Source: an uncultured bacterium
Lineage (GTDB): Bacteria > AUK180
DNA length: 48,215 bases
NCBI GenBank assembly: GCA_937863565.1
Contig: CALMGJ010000011.1
Span: 186,001 to 234,215, forward strand
Direction: 5' to 3'
The position numbers and the translations under genes are program-made. How positions within the stretch are numbered: the first letter of the stretch is position 1; each line of letters begins with the position of its first letter. The notes under the pieces are model-generated. The model did no database searches. It was not told the origin of the DNA and saw only the letters and a program-made list of their open reading frames with translations. Below are positions 29,879-40,309 of this stretch, piece by piece.

Positions 29879-31720
29879 TCAGTGTAAATGCTCTTTTATT
29901 CGGGATAATATTTTTTCTTCCGAAATGCCGGCGGCATCGTAAAGGCTTTGCGACGTTCCGGAATAGAAATATCGCCCAATGCCGAGATTGATCACATTCC
30001 CTTTATTGATGAGGATCCGCGATAACATTGCGCCGAGGCCGGAGAGTACATTGTGATCCTCGGCGGTTACGATTAGCTTATATCCTTCGAACATGTGCGA
30101 ATGATCCGGCGACAGCATGAGCGGTGTTGCGGTATGCATCATCCCGGCATCGATGCCATTATTTCTTAAAAGATCGCAAGCGCGCTGACAGATGCCCGCT
30201 GTCTGCCCGGTGGAAACCAAAAGCACATCATGCCCCTCACGGATGAGATCGATGCCGCCCGGGGCGAATTGATATTCAGCGCCGTAAAAAGGCTCTCCGT
30301 CCTCTCTTGTTACCGGAAGAAGCTTTGAGCGGCCCATTGCGACGATCTTGTTCCCGTAGTGAGAGAACACATATTCCATGATATGCTGTGTCTGGTTGAA
30401 ATCAGCCGGAAGGAAAAGTTTCGTTCTGAAAAGATTTGCGGCAAGGCCTATATAATCTATCGACTGGTGTGTCTTCCCGTCCTCTCCGACATCTATTCCC
30501 ACATGGGTGGAAATGATATTGAGGTTGGCCTCGTTTATATCGTTCAGGCGGAGCTGATTGTATGTCTCCGCGATATTGAACATGCCGAAATCGGCCCAGA
30601 AAACATTGATCCGCCGGTCCCTCGAAAGCGCGCCCGCCGCGGTTGCGATATTGTGCTCCATTACGCCCGCCTCGAAGAACCTGTTCGGGAAATTTTTTGC
30701 AAAACCGTCGGTCTTGACGGACCCGGAAAGGTCGCAATCGAATACGGCGATATCGGGGTTCAGCACGCCGGCCTTCGATAAGTAGCTCCCGAAACTGCCC
30801 CTGTTGTCCGCCGCGTCTTTCTTATAATCCTTCGGCGGCTTTTTAAAAGGCCGTTCCTCTTCCTTGGCCGGCATATTCCCGTGAGAGAATTTCGCGTTCT
30901 TTCTTATTGCGGAATATTTTTCGATCACGGGCTCGACCCCGAGATATTTACATGCGGTCCCGTACTCTTCTTTCGTCAGGGCCTTTCCATGGTAGTCGTG
31001 TTTGCCCTCCATGAAATCGATGCCTTTGCCCATCACGGTCTCTGCAATGATGAGATAGGGTGCGCTCCCGTCCTCCTGCGCGCTTTGTATCGCCCCGTTT
31101 ATTTTCTCCAAATCATGCCCGTCCGCAGTTATAACCTTCCATCCGTCCGCTTCGTAATTGCGGGTTATATCCACGTTCATTACATTCTCCGTCCGCCCGG
31201 ATATCTGGATATGGTTCCTGTCGATCAGGGCTATGATATTGTTGAGACGGTGCTGCTTTGCGAATTTGCGCGCTTCGGCAACCTGTCCTTTTGCCTGTTC
31301 GGCATCCCCCATCACGACATAAACAAATCCCTCTTCGTTCATTATCTTCTTCGAAAGCGCAAAACCGCATCCTGCGGAAAGACCCTGTCCGAGATTGCCC
31401 GTGGACCAGGGAATGCCTTCAAGATGATTCTCGATATGTCCTTCATAAGGGGAGCCGGTAAGACGGAAATACGCTATCGCATCATCAAGGGGGATGACGC
31501 CTAAATGGCCGAGCACAACATAAACTCCAGGCGCAATATGCCCGTTGGATACGATCACGGGATCCGTTTTTCCGTTCGCAGCACCCCAGCCGGCAGCTCT
31601 GTAAGAGGCGAAAAGAATATCCAGGGAAGACATTGAGCCGCCCGGGTGTCCGGAGGCCGAAAGGGTGGTCATGGTAAGGATGTCCAGAATGGCCTTCTTA
31701 TTCAGGTCTTGCGCGTTCAT
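29879..31720 (-). CDS. tkt: transketolase
   Basis: SGHPGGSMS, SNGH, EGH, TGNLGQGLS, GDAE..N, DCDL..S, EHN, THVG.DVGEDGKTHQ. Confidence 0.92.
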   Translation of the reverse strand: MNAQDLNKKAILDILTMTTLSASGHPGGSMSSLDILFASYRAAGWGAANGKTDPVIVSNGHIAPGVYVVLGHLGVIPLDDAIAYFRLTGSPYEGHIENHLEGIPWSTGNLGQGLSAGCGFALSKKIMNEEGFVYVVMGDAEQAKGQVAEARKFAKQHRLNNIIALIDRNHIQISGRTENVMNVDITRNYEADGWKVITADGHDLEKINGAIQSAQEDGSAPYLIIAETVMGKGIDFMEGKHDYHGKALTKEEYGTACKYLGVEPVIEKYSAIRKNAKFSHGNMPAKEEERPFKKPPKDYKKDAADNRGSFGSYLSKAGVLNPDIAVFDCDLSGSVKTDGFAKNFPNRFFEAGVMEHNIATAAGALSRDRRINVFWADFGMFNIAETYNQLRLNDINEANLNIISTHVGIDVGEDGKTHQSIDYIGLAANLFRTKLFLPADFNQTQHIMEYVFSHYGNKIVAMGRSKLLPVTREDGEPFYGAEYQFAPGGIDLIREGHDVLLVSTGQTAGICQRACDLLRNNGIDAGMMHTATPLMLSPDHSHMFEGYKLIVTAEDHNVLSGLGAMLSRILINKGNVINLGIGRYFYSGTSQSLYDAAGISEEKILSRIKEHLH

Positions 31721-33348
31721 TTGGCTTCCCTCTTGAGTTTACCGGAAACAGCGGAGAATACTCCGTCACAGCCTTTTTGGATCTCGGCGCAGGCGGCCTC
31801 GGATTCTTTCTTGAAGGAATCCTTCATTGCCGCATCTTCGAGCGACGGGAGATTGATGAGAACGTTCAGAAGCGCTCCTTCTGCGGCGGCTTTCAGCATA
31901 GAAGCGGCAACTGCGGCATCGGATATCGAATTGGCATTCCCTATGCCGGCGATCTTTTCAGTGAGCGGCAAAACCTCTTGAAGTTTCCGGAGCAGTTCAA
32001 GAGGGGATCTTGTTATATTCACGGCGCATGAAAGTATTTTTGCATCCCGCGCCTTTTTCTCTTCCTCGCTCCCCTTGGGAAGTCTTCTTGCCGCCATGAA
32101 TTCATTGAAAAGTTCCGTATCGGTATCAACGATCTTCATAAGATCGGCCTTGAGCGCCTGAGCCTTGATCGCGAGCTCCTCAACAGATGAAAAGTGTTCC
32201 TCATAACCCTTCTTTCCGAATGTGAGGGAAGCCACCATAGAAACGAGCGCAGCGGCAAGAGACCCTGCTAAAGCAGCAACGGAACCGCCGCCGGGCGCCG
32301 GCGATGAAGAGGAAAGTTCGTCCGCAAAAGCTGCGAGACTCATTGATGTGAGAATGCCTTTTTTCGAGATCTTGTATTCAATAACTTTTTCGTTAAGATC
32401 GAACGGGTACAATTCGCCGAGTCCGAGCGACTTGACCGCGATCTTAAGAACCTCCCTTTCGGGCATTGCCGTGAACTCCCCCTGTTTTTTCAGGTAATAT
32501 TCCCCGGCCTCCTTCAATGCGCCGAGCGGGATCAGCCCGACCAGTTCCGATCCCGTGATCCTTATGCCGTACTTCTCGGCTACACTGCAGGCAGTGTCGA
32601 AAAGCTTCCAAAGCGGGGTTACTTTATAATTGATAAGGTTGACTGAGATCTGAGCCCGCTCATATTCATCGATATACCACCCTACGGCGCGTACGGCCTT
32701 TAAAAGCCCGGGCTTGTCCTTCGTTCCTTTCTCCCTGATCTCTTTGGCGATCTTATCGGCAAGTTTTACATTCTTCGAATTAAGGTTGAGATTATAGGCT
32801 ATAAGGAACTCCCTTGCCCCCACAGCCGTTGCGCCGGTCACGGGATTGAATTCCGCGGGTCCGAAATCAGGTTTCCACTTCGGGTCCTTCATTTTTTCTC
32901 CCATGCCTTCATACTCTCCCTCGCGGATATTGGCAAGGGACCTCCGTTCCTCACAGGAAGCTGAATATTCGTAAAGGTAGACAGGGATCTTCAATTCCTT
33001 GCCTATGCGCTCGGCTAACTTTCTGGAAAGCGCCACGGTCTCCTCCATCGTCATGCCGGCGACCGGAATAAAGGGACAAACATCGGTAGCTCCCATCCTC
33101 GGATGCGCGCCGGTATGCCCCCGCATATCGATCGATTCAGAGGCTTTTTTTACCGCGAGAAATGCCGCTTCGGCTACGGCCTCGGGTTCGCCGACAATAG
33201 TCACGACCGTTCTATTGGTAGCGGCGCCGGGATCCACGTCAAGAAGAAAGGCCCCGGATACGGCCTTAATGACGGATTTTATCGCTTCGATCTTGCTAAG
33301 GTCCCTGCCCTCTGAAAAATTAGGCACGCATTCAACGATCTTGCTCAT
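31717..33348 (-). CDS. ftcD: glutamate formimidoyltransferase/formiminotetrahydrofolate cyclodeaminase
   Basis: IVECVPNFSEGRD, NRTVVT, H.GAHPRMGATDVCPF, GAREFLIAYN, PAPGGGSVAA; start at ATG 33348 after AAAGGAG. Confidence 0.95.
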   Translation of the reverse strand: MSKIVECVPNFSEGRDLSKIEAIKSVIKAVSGAFLLDVDPGAATNRTVVTIVGEPEAVAEAAFLAVKKASESIDMRGHTGAHPRMGATDVCPFIPVAGMTMEETVALSRKLAERIGKELKIPVYLYEYSASCEERRSLANIREGEYEGMGEKMKDPKWKPDFGPAEFNPVTGATAVGAREFLIAYNLNLNSKNVKLADKIAKEIREKGTKDKPGLLKAVRAVGWYIDEYERAQISVNLINYKVTPLWKLFDTACSVAEKYGIRITGSELVGLIPLGALKEAGEYYLKKQGEFTAMPEREVLKIAVKSLGLGELYPFDLNEKVIEYKISKKGILTSMSLAAFADELSSSSPAPGGGSVAALAGSLAAALVSMVASLTFGKKGYEEHFSSVEELAIKAQALKADLMKIVDTDTELFNEFMAARRLPKGSEEEKKARDAKILSCAVNITRSPLELLRKLQEVLPLTEKIAGIGNANSISDAAVAASMLKAAAEGALLNVLINLPSLEDAAMKDSFKKESEAACAEIQKGCDGVFSAVSGKLKREAK

Positions 33349-33409
33349 ATCAACTCCTTTTGAAGAACAACGTTTTATCTTAACAAATATTGATGAAAAA
33401 GTAAAGAGA

Positions 33410-33895
33410 GCAGAGCGGCAAGGCCGCAGTGTGAAGTGTGGAGTGTGAAGTGGATAATAGAAAAACAATTAAACAGTTATCCGGTTAACGGGTTAAAGTG
33501 TTAACGGGTTCAAATAAGGAATGATAAATTTATTAACTCGTTAACTCTAAGACAAGCCTCTTGTCAACTCGCAATAAAATAACTCTTTTATGAACACTAT
33601 TGCACTATGCACTTTGCACTAAGCACTGAACAAGCGAAGCGCGGTGTGGAGTGTGGAGTGTGAAGTGTGAAGTGTGGAGTGTGATAAGGAATATAATCCA
33701 TATAATTATTCATTTTTCATTTACTTAACTATCAACTCTCAACTTCTTCTCATTCTCAATTATCAATTCTCAATTCATTTATACTATTCACTGTTCACTA
33801 TTCGTTATTCCCTGCTTCTAACCCGTTAACACGTTAACCCTTTAACTGTGTAATAAAATAATGGGCATTCTTATTGTTCACTGTTCACTACGGCT
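33410..33895. repeat. composite 7-bp/8-bp tandem repeat array containing both orientations
   Basis: AGTGTGA/AGTGTGG heptads (33428-33455, 33643-33685), GCACTAT-type heptads (~33594-33628), TTAACGGG octads (~33475-33510) with reverse-complement copies (~33820-33850), TCAACT and TTCACT heptads (33727-33890). Confidence 0.8.
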
Positions 33896-34041
33896 TTACC
33901 TCCCCGTTTTAACATATATGCGCTCAGGGTTTTTTATTCAAGAGCATACATTTGAAACTTACGCGGCTTTAATTAAGTAATGAAAAGGAAAAATTTGCTT
34001 TATTTGAAAAAAATACTATAATACTTTTTTGGAGTATATTT

Positions 34042-34218
34042 ATGAAGAAAAGTATACTGATGATCGCCGGCGGCATCCTGATAGCGGTGGGTTTGCTGTT
34101 GTTATACCTTGGTCAGGCGCCGCTTCCGTCCATTCTTATCGTTATTGGCTATATTCTGTTCTCTATCGGCCTTATTCCCTCCAAAGAAGAGAAAGATGAT
34201 AAAGCGGCCAAAAGCTAA
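34042..34218 (+). CDS. small membrane protein, 58 aa (DUF3098-like); absent from the ORF track
   Basis: [65 protein letters not shown] has two hydrophobic segments; overlaps the lepB start. Confidence 0.65.
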   Translation: MKKSILMIAGGILIAVGLLLLYLGQAPLPSILIVIGYILFSIGLIPSKEEKDDKAAKS

Positions 34219-34882
34219 AAAGAAAACATTCGCACTGGAACTTCTCGATGCCATAGTTTCGGCGTTCCTGATCGCCCTTTTGATCAGGTCTATTTTCATT
34301 GAGGTGGCGATGATCCCGTCGTCTTCGATGGAAGATACCCTGCTCGAGAAAGACCAGCTTTTCGTGGACAAGTTCATGTACGGGATCAGCATTCCGTTCA
34401 CGAAGATCAAGATACATATAATGGATAAAAGAACGCCGAAAAGAGGGCAGATAATAGTGTTCATCCCGCCCGATTATTCCAAAAGCGATAAACCCCTTTT
34501 CGTGAAACGCTGCATGGGGGTTCCGGGCGATGAGATCCGCATGGAGAATAATATTCTCTATGTGAACGGAAAGAAGCTCGGCGAGAGCTATCTGAAGATC
34601 GAACCGGCGAAAAGGGCTCTTTTCAAGGATTGGCCGTTCTCCGAGAAGGGATACTATACATTTTACAGGGAAGACCTTTCACGGACAAGGGACGCCATAC
34701 CCTCCGGCTGGCCTCCGGAAGGTGCCGCATATATCCTTCCCGAGGGATATTATTTTATGATGGGCGACCACAGGAGCGATTCCTACGACTCCCGTTTCTG
34801 GGGTCCCGTGCCGAGAAGGAATATCATCGGCATCGCCCGCTTCAGGTTCTTTCCTTTTGACAGAATCGGTTTTATAAAATAA
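34196..34882 (+). CDS. lepB: signal peptidase I
   Basis: [48 protein letters not shown]; start set to ATG 34196. Confidence 0.95.
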   Translation: MIKRPKAKKKTFALELLDAIVSAFLIALLIRSIFIEVAMIPSSSMEDTLLEKDQLFVDKFMYGISIPFTKIKIHIMDKRTPKRGQIIVFIPPDYSKSDKPLFVKRCMGVPGDEIRMENNILYVNGKKLGESYLKIEPAKRALFKDWPFSEKGYYTFYREDLSRTRDAIPSGWPPEGAAYILPEGYYFMMGDHRSDSYDSRFWGPVPRRNIIGIARFRFFPFDRIGFIK

Positions 34883-34898
34883 AATACAGGAGCGCATT

Positions 34899-36098
34899 AT
34901 GATACGCAACAAGAAGAATGTGATCTTTTCATCCGAGTCGGTGACGGAGGGTCACCCGGATAAAATTGCCGACCAGATCTCAGATGCGATACTTGACGAA
35001 CTTATCGCGCAGGACAAGAATTCCAAGGTAGCAGTTGAAACGCTTGTTACTACGGGCATATGTTTCATCGCCGGAGAGGTAACGACATCCGCCTATGCCG
35101 ATATCTTCGATATAGCCAAAGGCGTCATCAAGATGATCGGTTATACGAAAGAAGAATACGGCTTCTGCGATGACACCGTCGGTATCGTGACCAGCATCAA
35201 GAAACAATCGCCGGATATCGCGATGGGCGTTGAGAAAGACGATCAGGGCGCAGGAGACCAGGGTATGATGTTCGGTTTCGCAACGAATGAAACGGATGAC
35301 CTGATGCCTATGCCGATCTATCTTGCCCATAAGCTGACCAAAAGACTTGCCTATGTCAGAAAGGAAGAGGCCAATCTCATCCCGTATCTCAGGCCTGACG
35401 GAAAATCACAAGTGAGCGTAAGATATGAGAACGGCCAGCCTAAAGAGGTCACCGCCGTCGTTATCTCCACGCAGACGGACGATGTGGACATTAAAAAGAT
35501 ACGGAACGATGTGCTTGAATATGTGATCAAACCGGTGATCCCCGATAATATGAGAACGAAGGAAATGAAGGTATTCATCAACCCGACGGGCAGATTCATA
35601 ATCGGCGGACCCGTAGGGGATACAGGCCTTACCGGCCGCAAGATCATAGTTGATACATACGGCGGCCTCGGTCTTCACGGCGGAGGCGCTTTCTCGGGCA
35701 AAGACCCCTCCAAGGTCGACCGCTCTGCAACCTATATGGCGCGCTATATCGCCAAGAACATCGTTGCCGCGGGACTTTCTGATATCTGCGAAGTCCAGCT
35801 CGCATATGCGATCGGCGTTTCCGATCCCGTTTCGTTCATGGTCAATACATACGGCACCGAAAAAGCCGATCCCGCGAAAATAGAGAAAATCGCGCGCGAG
35901 ATATTCCCGATGAAACCCAAAGAGATCATCAAGCATCTTGATCTTCTCAGGCCCATATACATGCATACCGCAGCTTACGGACATTTCGGCCGCACCGGCG
36001 ACGAAAGAAAAGTTCACTTTAAAAATAAAGAGCTCAACGGATTTACATGGGAAGCGACGGACCTGGTCAAAGAATTGAAGAAACACTTCAATATGTAA
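34899..36098 (+). CDS. metK: S-adenosylmethionine synthetase
   Basis: [54 protein letters not shown]. Confidence 0.98.
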   Translation: MIRNKKNVIFSSESVTEGHPDKIADQISDAILDELIAQDKNSKVAVETLVTTGICFIAGEVTTSAYADIFDIAKGVIKMIGYTKEEYGFCDDTVGIVTSIKKQSPDIAMGVEKDDQGAGDQGMMFGFATNETDDLMPMPIYLAHKLTKRLAYVRKEEANLIPYLRPDGKSQVSVRYENGQPKEVTAVVISTQTDDVDIKKIRNDVLEYVIKPVIPDNMRTKEMKVFINPTGRFIIGGPVGDTGLTGRKIIVDTYGGLGLHGGGAFSGKDPSKVDRSATYMARYIAKNIVAAGLSDICEVQLAYAIGVSDPVSFMVNTYGTEKADPAKIEKIAREIFPMKPKEIIKHLDLLRPIYMHTAAYGHFGRTGDERKVHFKNKELNGFTWEATDLVKELKKHFNM

Positions 36099-36111
36099 TA
36101 CGGGGAAGGGG

Positions 36112-37077
36112 ATGAAAAAAGTATTTTATTTATTCTTCGCGGGCTTCATTATCATGATGATCTTTTCCGGCTGCCGGACACAGGAAGGCGTGATAGCGTA
36201 CATAGGAAAAGAAAAGATCTATTTAAGCGATCTCAAGGCATGGTTCGATCCGGGAAAATACGATTTTTACACGAAACTTACGCCCGAATATAAAGCAAAA
36301 GTGCTCGAGAACGCGTACAAACTGACCAAGGCGCATAAACTCATCTATATGCTGGCCAAGGAAAGCAAAGTGCCTGCCGAAAAGAACGAGCAATATACGC
36401 TGTTCGTCAAGAATTTCGAACAGGAAAGAAAACCGTTCCTTCTGAATTTCGGGATACCCGAGAAGGACATTGACAGAATGCTCTGGGAATACTGGGTGCA
36501 AAAGGAATATGTGGAAAAGATCATTAAACCGCAGATCACATATACGGAAGACGACATCAAAGCGTATTATGAACAGGTGAAGCACATCTACTTCACGGTG
36601 AAACCGTTCATAAAGGCCAATAAAATTGCGGTGAAATTGGCCGGCGCGGAACCTGCGGACATAAAAACGTTCATCGGTTCTGCCGTAAAGAAGAATAAGA
36701 ACGACTATGAGAAGGTAAAGGCGGCGCTTGTAGATAAATACGGCGAGAACGCATATGAGATCACAGACCAGATGTTCAGCCAGGATTTTCTGAAGGAGAT
36801 CTTCGAGAAAAGCCTGCCGGAGCTCGAGAATATCTTCAAAACGGACAAGAACAGGTTCACGGAGAGCTATGAACGCAATGATGAGGTATTCACTTTCTTC
36901 ATCCTCGACAAACAGACAGAAAAACGCACCACGCCGTATGAAGAGGCTAAAAATCTTGCCGTAGAGAACTATATCAATACGAATATCGGAGTGATAGTCG
37001 AGGAAAAGCAGAACGAGTTCATGAAAAAACACAAAGAGAGGATCATTGTGGAGGACCTGGTCGCTGTCTTCCAGTAA
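36112..37077 (+). CDS. lipoprotein, PrsA/SurA-like foldase (divergent)
   Basis: lipobox FSGC; VIAYIGKEKIYLSDL; ITYTEDDIKAYYE; PYEEAK; parvulin catalytic motifs not evident. Confidence 0.6.
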   Translation: MKKVFYLFFAGFIIMMIFSGCRTQEGVIAYIGKEKIYLSDLKAWFDPGKYDFYTKLTPEYKAKVLENAYKLTKAHKLIYMLAKESKVPAEKNEQYTLFVKNFEQERKPFLLNFGIPEKDIDRMLWEYWVQKEYVEKIIKPQITYTEDDIKAYYEQVKHIYFTVKPFIKANKIAVKLAGAEPADIKTFIGSAVKKNKNDYEKVKAALVDKYGENAYEITDQMFSQDFLKEIFEKSLPELENIFKTDKNRFTESYERNDEVFTFFILDKQTEKRTTPYEEAKNLAVENYINTNIGVIVEEKQNEFMKKHKERIIVEDLVAVFQ

Positions 37078-37078
37078 G

Positions 37079-37993
37079 ATGCAGGGCCACGAACACTATC
37101 ACGGCGGAATAAAAGGCGGCAGCCTTCTTTTCGTAATAATATTCAATCTGATCATTACGGCGGCCGAGGCGGCGGGCGGCCTCATTTCCGGAAGTTACGC
37201 GCTTCTATCCGACGCGCTCCATAATTTCACAGACGTATGGTCTATAGTTCTTTCCTATGCCGCTATCCGCATCAAGGCAAGGGAGAAGAATGAAAAAAGC
37301 ACATTCGGATACGGCCGTATAGAAGTGATCGCCGCTTTCATGAATACGTCAGCCCTCATCATCGCAGCGGCTTTTCTGCTCTTTGAGGGCATCAGAAGAT
37401 CGCTTCATCCCGAACCGGTCCGGGCAGGTCTTATGATCGCAATAGCGGTAATAGGGCTCTTCGGCAATCTGTTCTCTATATTGATACTCGGAAAACATGC
37501 GCGCGAAGGAATGAATATCCGCTCCGCTTTCCTGCATCTGCTTGCAGATACGCTGTCATCCGTCGCGGTTGTCCTCGGGGGAGTGCTCATCAAGATCTTC
37601 GGTATTATCGCGATAGACGGCATTATGGCGATCGGGATATCGTTTTTCATCTTCATCGAAGCGGCCGGGATATTCAGGCAGGCCTTCAATATTCTCATGC
37701 AGTCCGCGCCTGTCGGAATAAGCATTGCAGATATCAGATCAGATATCGAAGCGCTTCCGCAGGTTAAAGAAATGCATCACATCCACCTGTGGCAATTGGA
37801 TGATGAAAGGATATTTCTTGAAGCGCATATAGAGGCAGACTGCGATATTACGCTTCTGGAAAGCAACGGTATCAGGAAGGCGGCCGGAAAGATACTGAAG
37901 AATAAATACGGTATTTCCCATATAACGCTTCAGATAGAATACGGACCCTGTCCGGACAGATCGGGATCCGGAACGGATGCGGCCCCCTCCTAA
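37079..37993 (+). CDS. cation diffusion facilitator (CzcD-like) transporter
   Basis: SYALLSDALHNFTD, TFGYGRIE, NIRSAFLHLLAD, HHIHLWQL, HITLQIE. Confidence 0.93.
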   Translation: MQGHEHYHGGIKGGSLLFVIIFNLIITAAEAAGGLISGSYALLSDALHNFTDVWSIVLSYAAIRIKAREKNEKSTFGYGRIEVIAAFMNTSALIIAAAFLLFEGIRRSLHPEPVRAGLMIAIAVIGLFGNLFSILILGKHAREGMNIRSAFLHLLADTLSSVAVVLGGVLIKIFGIIAIDGIMAIGISFFIFIEAAGIFRQAFNILMQSAPVGISIADIRSDIEALPQVKEMHHIHLWQLDDERIFLEAHIEADCDITLLESNGIRKAAGKILKNKYGISHITLQIEYGPCPDRSGSGTDAAPS

Positions 37994-38454
37994 TCCGATC
38001 CCTTTAAGGCCAACTCCCTGACAGCCCTGTCGATCACGGCCAGATCGGCAAAACGGTACTTCTCGAAATCGACCTCAAGATAATAATAATCCCCCCGGTA
38101 GATCCTCTCCAGGGAATCTTCAATATCCCTTTTTACACCCTCTCCTGCAGGCAGAAGGTCAAGGACATCTTTGAGCGTGTACCCGAGAAGGTCTTTATTC
38201 AAAAAGAGGCCTGCGAACTCACGGAAGGATACATTTAGGTTGGCATAAAAAAGCCTGTAATCCTTTTCTCCGACAAGCCCGTACCTGTCCTTGATCCCTT
38301 TCCATATCCGCAGGTAATCCACCGGTTTTTGCCTTTTTGAAAGACGGATGATGATATAGACCGCTGCCAAGATGAAAACTATTGCGAGCGCAGCAAAAAA
38401 GAAAACGGCATAAGAAGGTTCGATCGCCCGTATGTCGCGCAGCCCGTCAGCCAT
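37990..38454 (-). CDS. hypothetical single-TM protein of MoxR/DUF58 operons (DUF4381-like)
   Basis: N-terminal LRDI motif followed by a TM helix; lies downstream of DUF58. Confidence 0.6.
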   Translation of the reverse strand: MADGLRDIRAIEPSYAVFFFAALAIVFILAAVYIIIRLSKRQKPVDYLRIWKGIKDRYGLVGEKDYRLFYANLNVSFREFAGLFLNKDLLGYTLKDVLDLLPAGEGVKRDIEDSLERIYRGDYYYLEVDFEKYRFADLAVIDRAVRELALKGSD

Positions 38455-39298
38455 TCCGCGCCCGCTCCCCGAATAATTTCCGGATCAGAAGAAGCGGATC
38501 GTCCGCCGTAGATGCTCTGAGAAAAGACGGGCGTACGGCATTGAAATCACGCTTCAATTTTTCCGTGAACTCCGCCTCGATACCGAGAGCCTCTTTATAG
38601 GATACGGCGCCCCGTCCGTCCGAAAAGGGCAGAGAACTGCGGATCGCGGCGGGGATATCCCCGATATGGGTAATATAGATCCCGATCACATCCGCCATAC
38701 TGCGCATAAATCGCATTTGCCCGCTCTTAAAATCCCAGCCGCGGAAATCGGATATGATAAAAACGATATAGTGTTTCCTGATGTGCAGAAGCGCTTTTTT
38801 AAAAACGGTCCCCCAATCCGGCACGCTCTCGGCTCCCCCGGCAGTGAACGATTTTTCGGCGAATATATACGGCGAGCCGGGGTTTTTAGTGAACGGCAAC
38901 CATTCGCGGATATCTTTATCGAAAACGCAAAGAGAGACAAGGTCCTTGTTCAGCAGGGCGGCATTGGAAAGGTATGCGACGAATTCGCAGGCGCTTTCCG
39001 ACTTTGACTGAGTGAACCCTTTTGACATCGATCCGGAGATATCCACCATAAAAACGATCCTGCGTTCGCGTTCATCGTCGAATGTTTTAAGATAGGGTAC
39101 ATTGGTATAGGAAAATTTCTTCCAGTCGATATGACGCACCGGATCGCCGGGCCTGTATTCGGAAAGTTCCCTGAAATCATAGCCCTTTCCGCGGAAGACC
39201 GAACGGAAGGCGCCGAAAAGATATGAACGGCTTTTAAGGCCGCTCAATATCTCGATCTTTCGGATCTTCTTTTTTATCTTTTCCCGGACATTCTTCAT
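38447..39298 (-). CDS. DUF58 domain protein
   Basis: RSVFRGKGYDF.ELSEYRPGDPVRHIDW, VDISGSM, IISDF. Confidence 0.92.
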   Translation of the reverse strand: MKNVREKIKKKIRKIEILSGLKSRSYLFGAFRSVFRGKGYDFRELSEYRPGDPVRHIDWKKFSYTNVPYLKTFDDERERRIVFMVDISGSMSKGFTQSKSESACEFVAYLSNAALLNKDLVSLCVFDKDIREWLPFTKNPGSPYIFAEKSFTAGGAESVPDWGTVFKKALLHIRKHYIVFIISDFRGWDFKSGQMRFMRSMADVIGIYITHIGDIPAAIRSSLPFSDGRGAVSYKEALGIEAEFTEKLKRDFNAVRPSFLRASTADDPLLLIRKLFGERARNG

Positions 39299-39328
39299 TG
39301 CGCTGCCGAATCCCCCGGCCGCACCACG

Positions 39329-40309
39329 CTATGGTACGCGCACCTTTTTCAGGATCATCTTAATGATATCATCGGAGGTGATGCCCTCCGATACGGCATT
39401 GAAGCTTATGATGAGCCGGTGACGCAGTATATCGAACGAGACCTTCTGTATATCCTCAGGAATTACGAAAGCGCGTTTTTCTAAGAATGCGTTCGCTTTA
39501 GCGGCGCGTAGAAGATAGAGCGAAGCCCTGGGCGAAGCGCCGAGACGGATCAGATCCGCGGTATCCTTGCTTTCCGGATCCCTGCTCGCAGATACGATGC
39601 CGAGAAGATAATCCTTCAGTTTCGGATCTATGAAGATCTTTCCGGCCACATCCTTGAGCGCTTTGAACTTTATATAATCCGTCACGCTCTCGACAGGAAC
39701 GGAATTCACCGTCCCGTACATCGAAAGGATCTCTTTTTCTTCTTCGAAAGCGGGATAGGGGACTATGGTCTTGAACATGAACCTGTCCAGCTGAGCCTCA
39801 GGCAGCGGATATGTACCTTCCTGTTCAATGGGGTTCTGGGTGGCGATCACAAAAAACGGTTCCTGCAGCTTGTACGTTTTTTCTCCGATCGTCACCTGGC
39901 GCTCCTGCATCGCCTCGAGAAGCGCGCTCTGCACTTTCGCGGGAGCCCTGTTTATCTCATCCGCCAGAAGGATATTGGTGAACACGGGCCCTTCCCTGTG
40001 ATAGAATTCCTGCGTTTGAGGATTGAATATCACCGTGCCGATGATATCTCCCGGAATGAGATCGGGCGTGAACTGGATCCGCTTCATGTCCACGGATATG
40101 AGCCGGGCGAATGTATGCGCCATAAGGGTCTTGGCGATCCCGGGCACGCCTTCGAGAAGCATATGTCCGTCGGTAAGAAGGCAGATGAGAAGTTTTCTGA
40201 AAACATCTTTCTGGCCTATCACCGCCTTTGCAAAACCCGTATTCAAAAGATCGATCCCGTTAAAATGCAAGGAGATCTCCTCTTCCATTAATTTCAGGTC
40301 TTCCCTCAT
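39329..40309 (-). CDS. MoxR-family AAA+ ATPase
   Basis: LLEGVPGIAKT, RIQFTPDLIPGD, LADEINRAPAKVQSALLEAMQE, ATQNPIEQEGTYPLPEAQLDRF, GASPRA. Confidence 0.96.
   Translation of the reverse strand: MREDLKLMEEEISLHFNGIDLLNTGFAKAVIGQKDVFRKLLICLLTDGHMLLEGVPGIAKTLMAHTFARLISVDMKRIQFTPDLIPGDIIGTVIFNPQTQEFYHREGPVFTNILLADEINRAPAKVQSALLEAMQERQVTIGEKTYKLQEPFFVIATQNPIEQEGTYPLPEAQLDRFMFKTIVPYPAFEEEKEILSMYGTVNSVPVESVTDYIKFKALKDVAGKIFIDPKLKDYLLGIVSASRDPESKDTADLIRLGASPRASLYLLRAAKANAFLEKRAFVIPEDIQKVSFDILRHRLIISFNAVSEGITSDDIIKMILKKVRVP

Noticed and set aside
33349..33468. N-terminal extension of ftcD in the ORF track
   Set aside because: It runs through repeat DNA; the family N-terminus and the RBS support ATG 33348.
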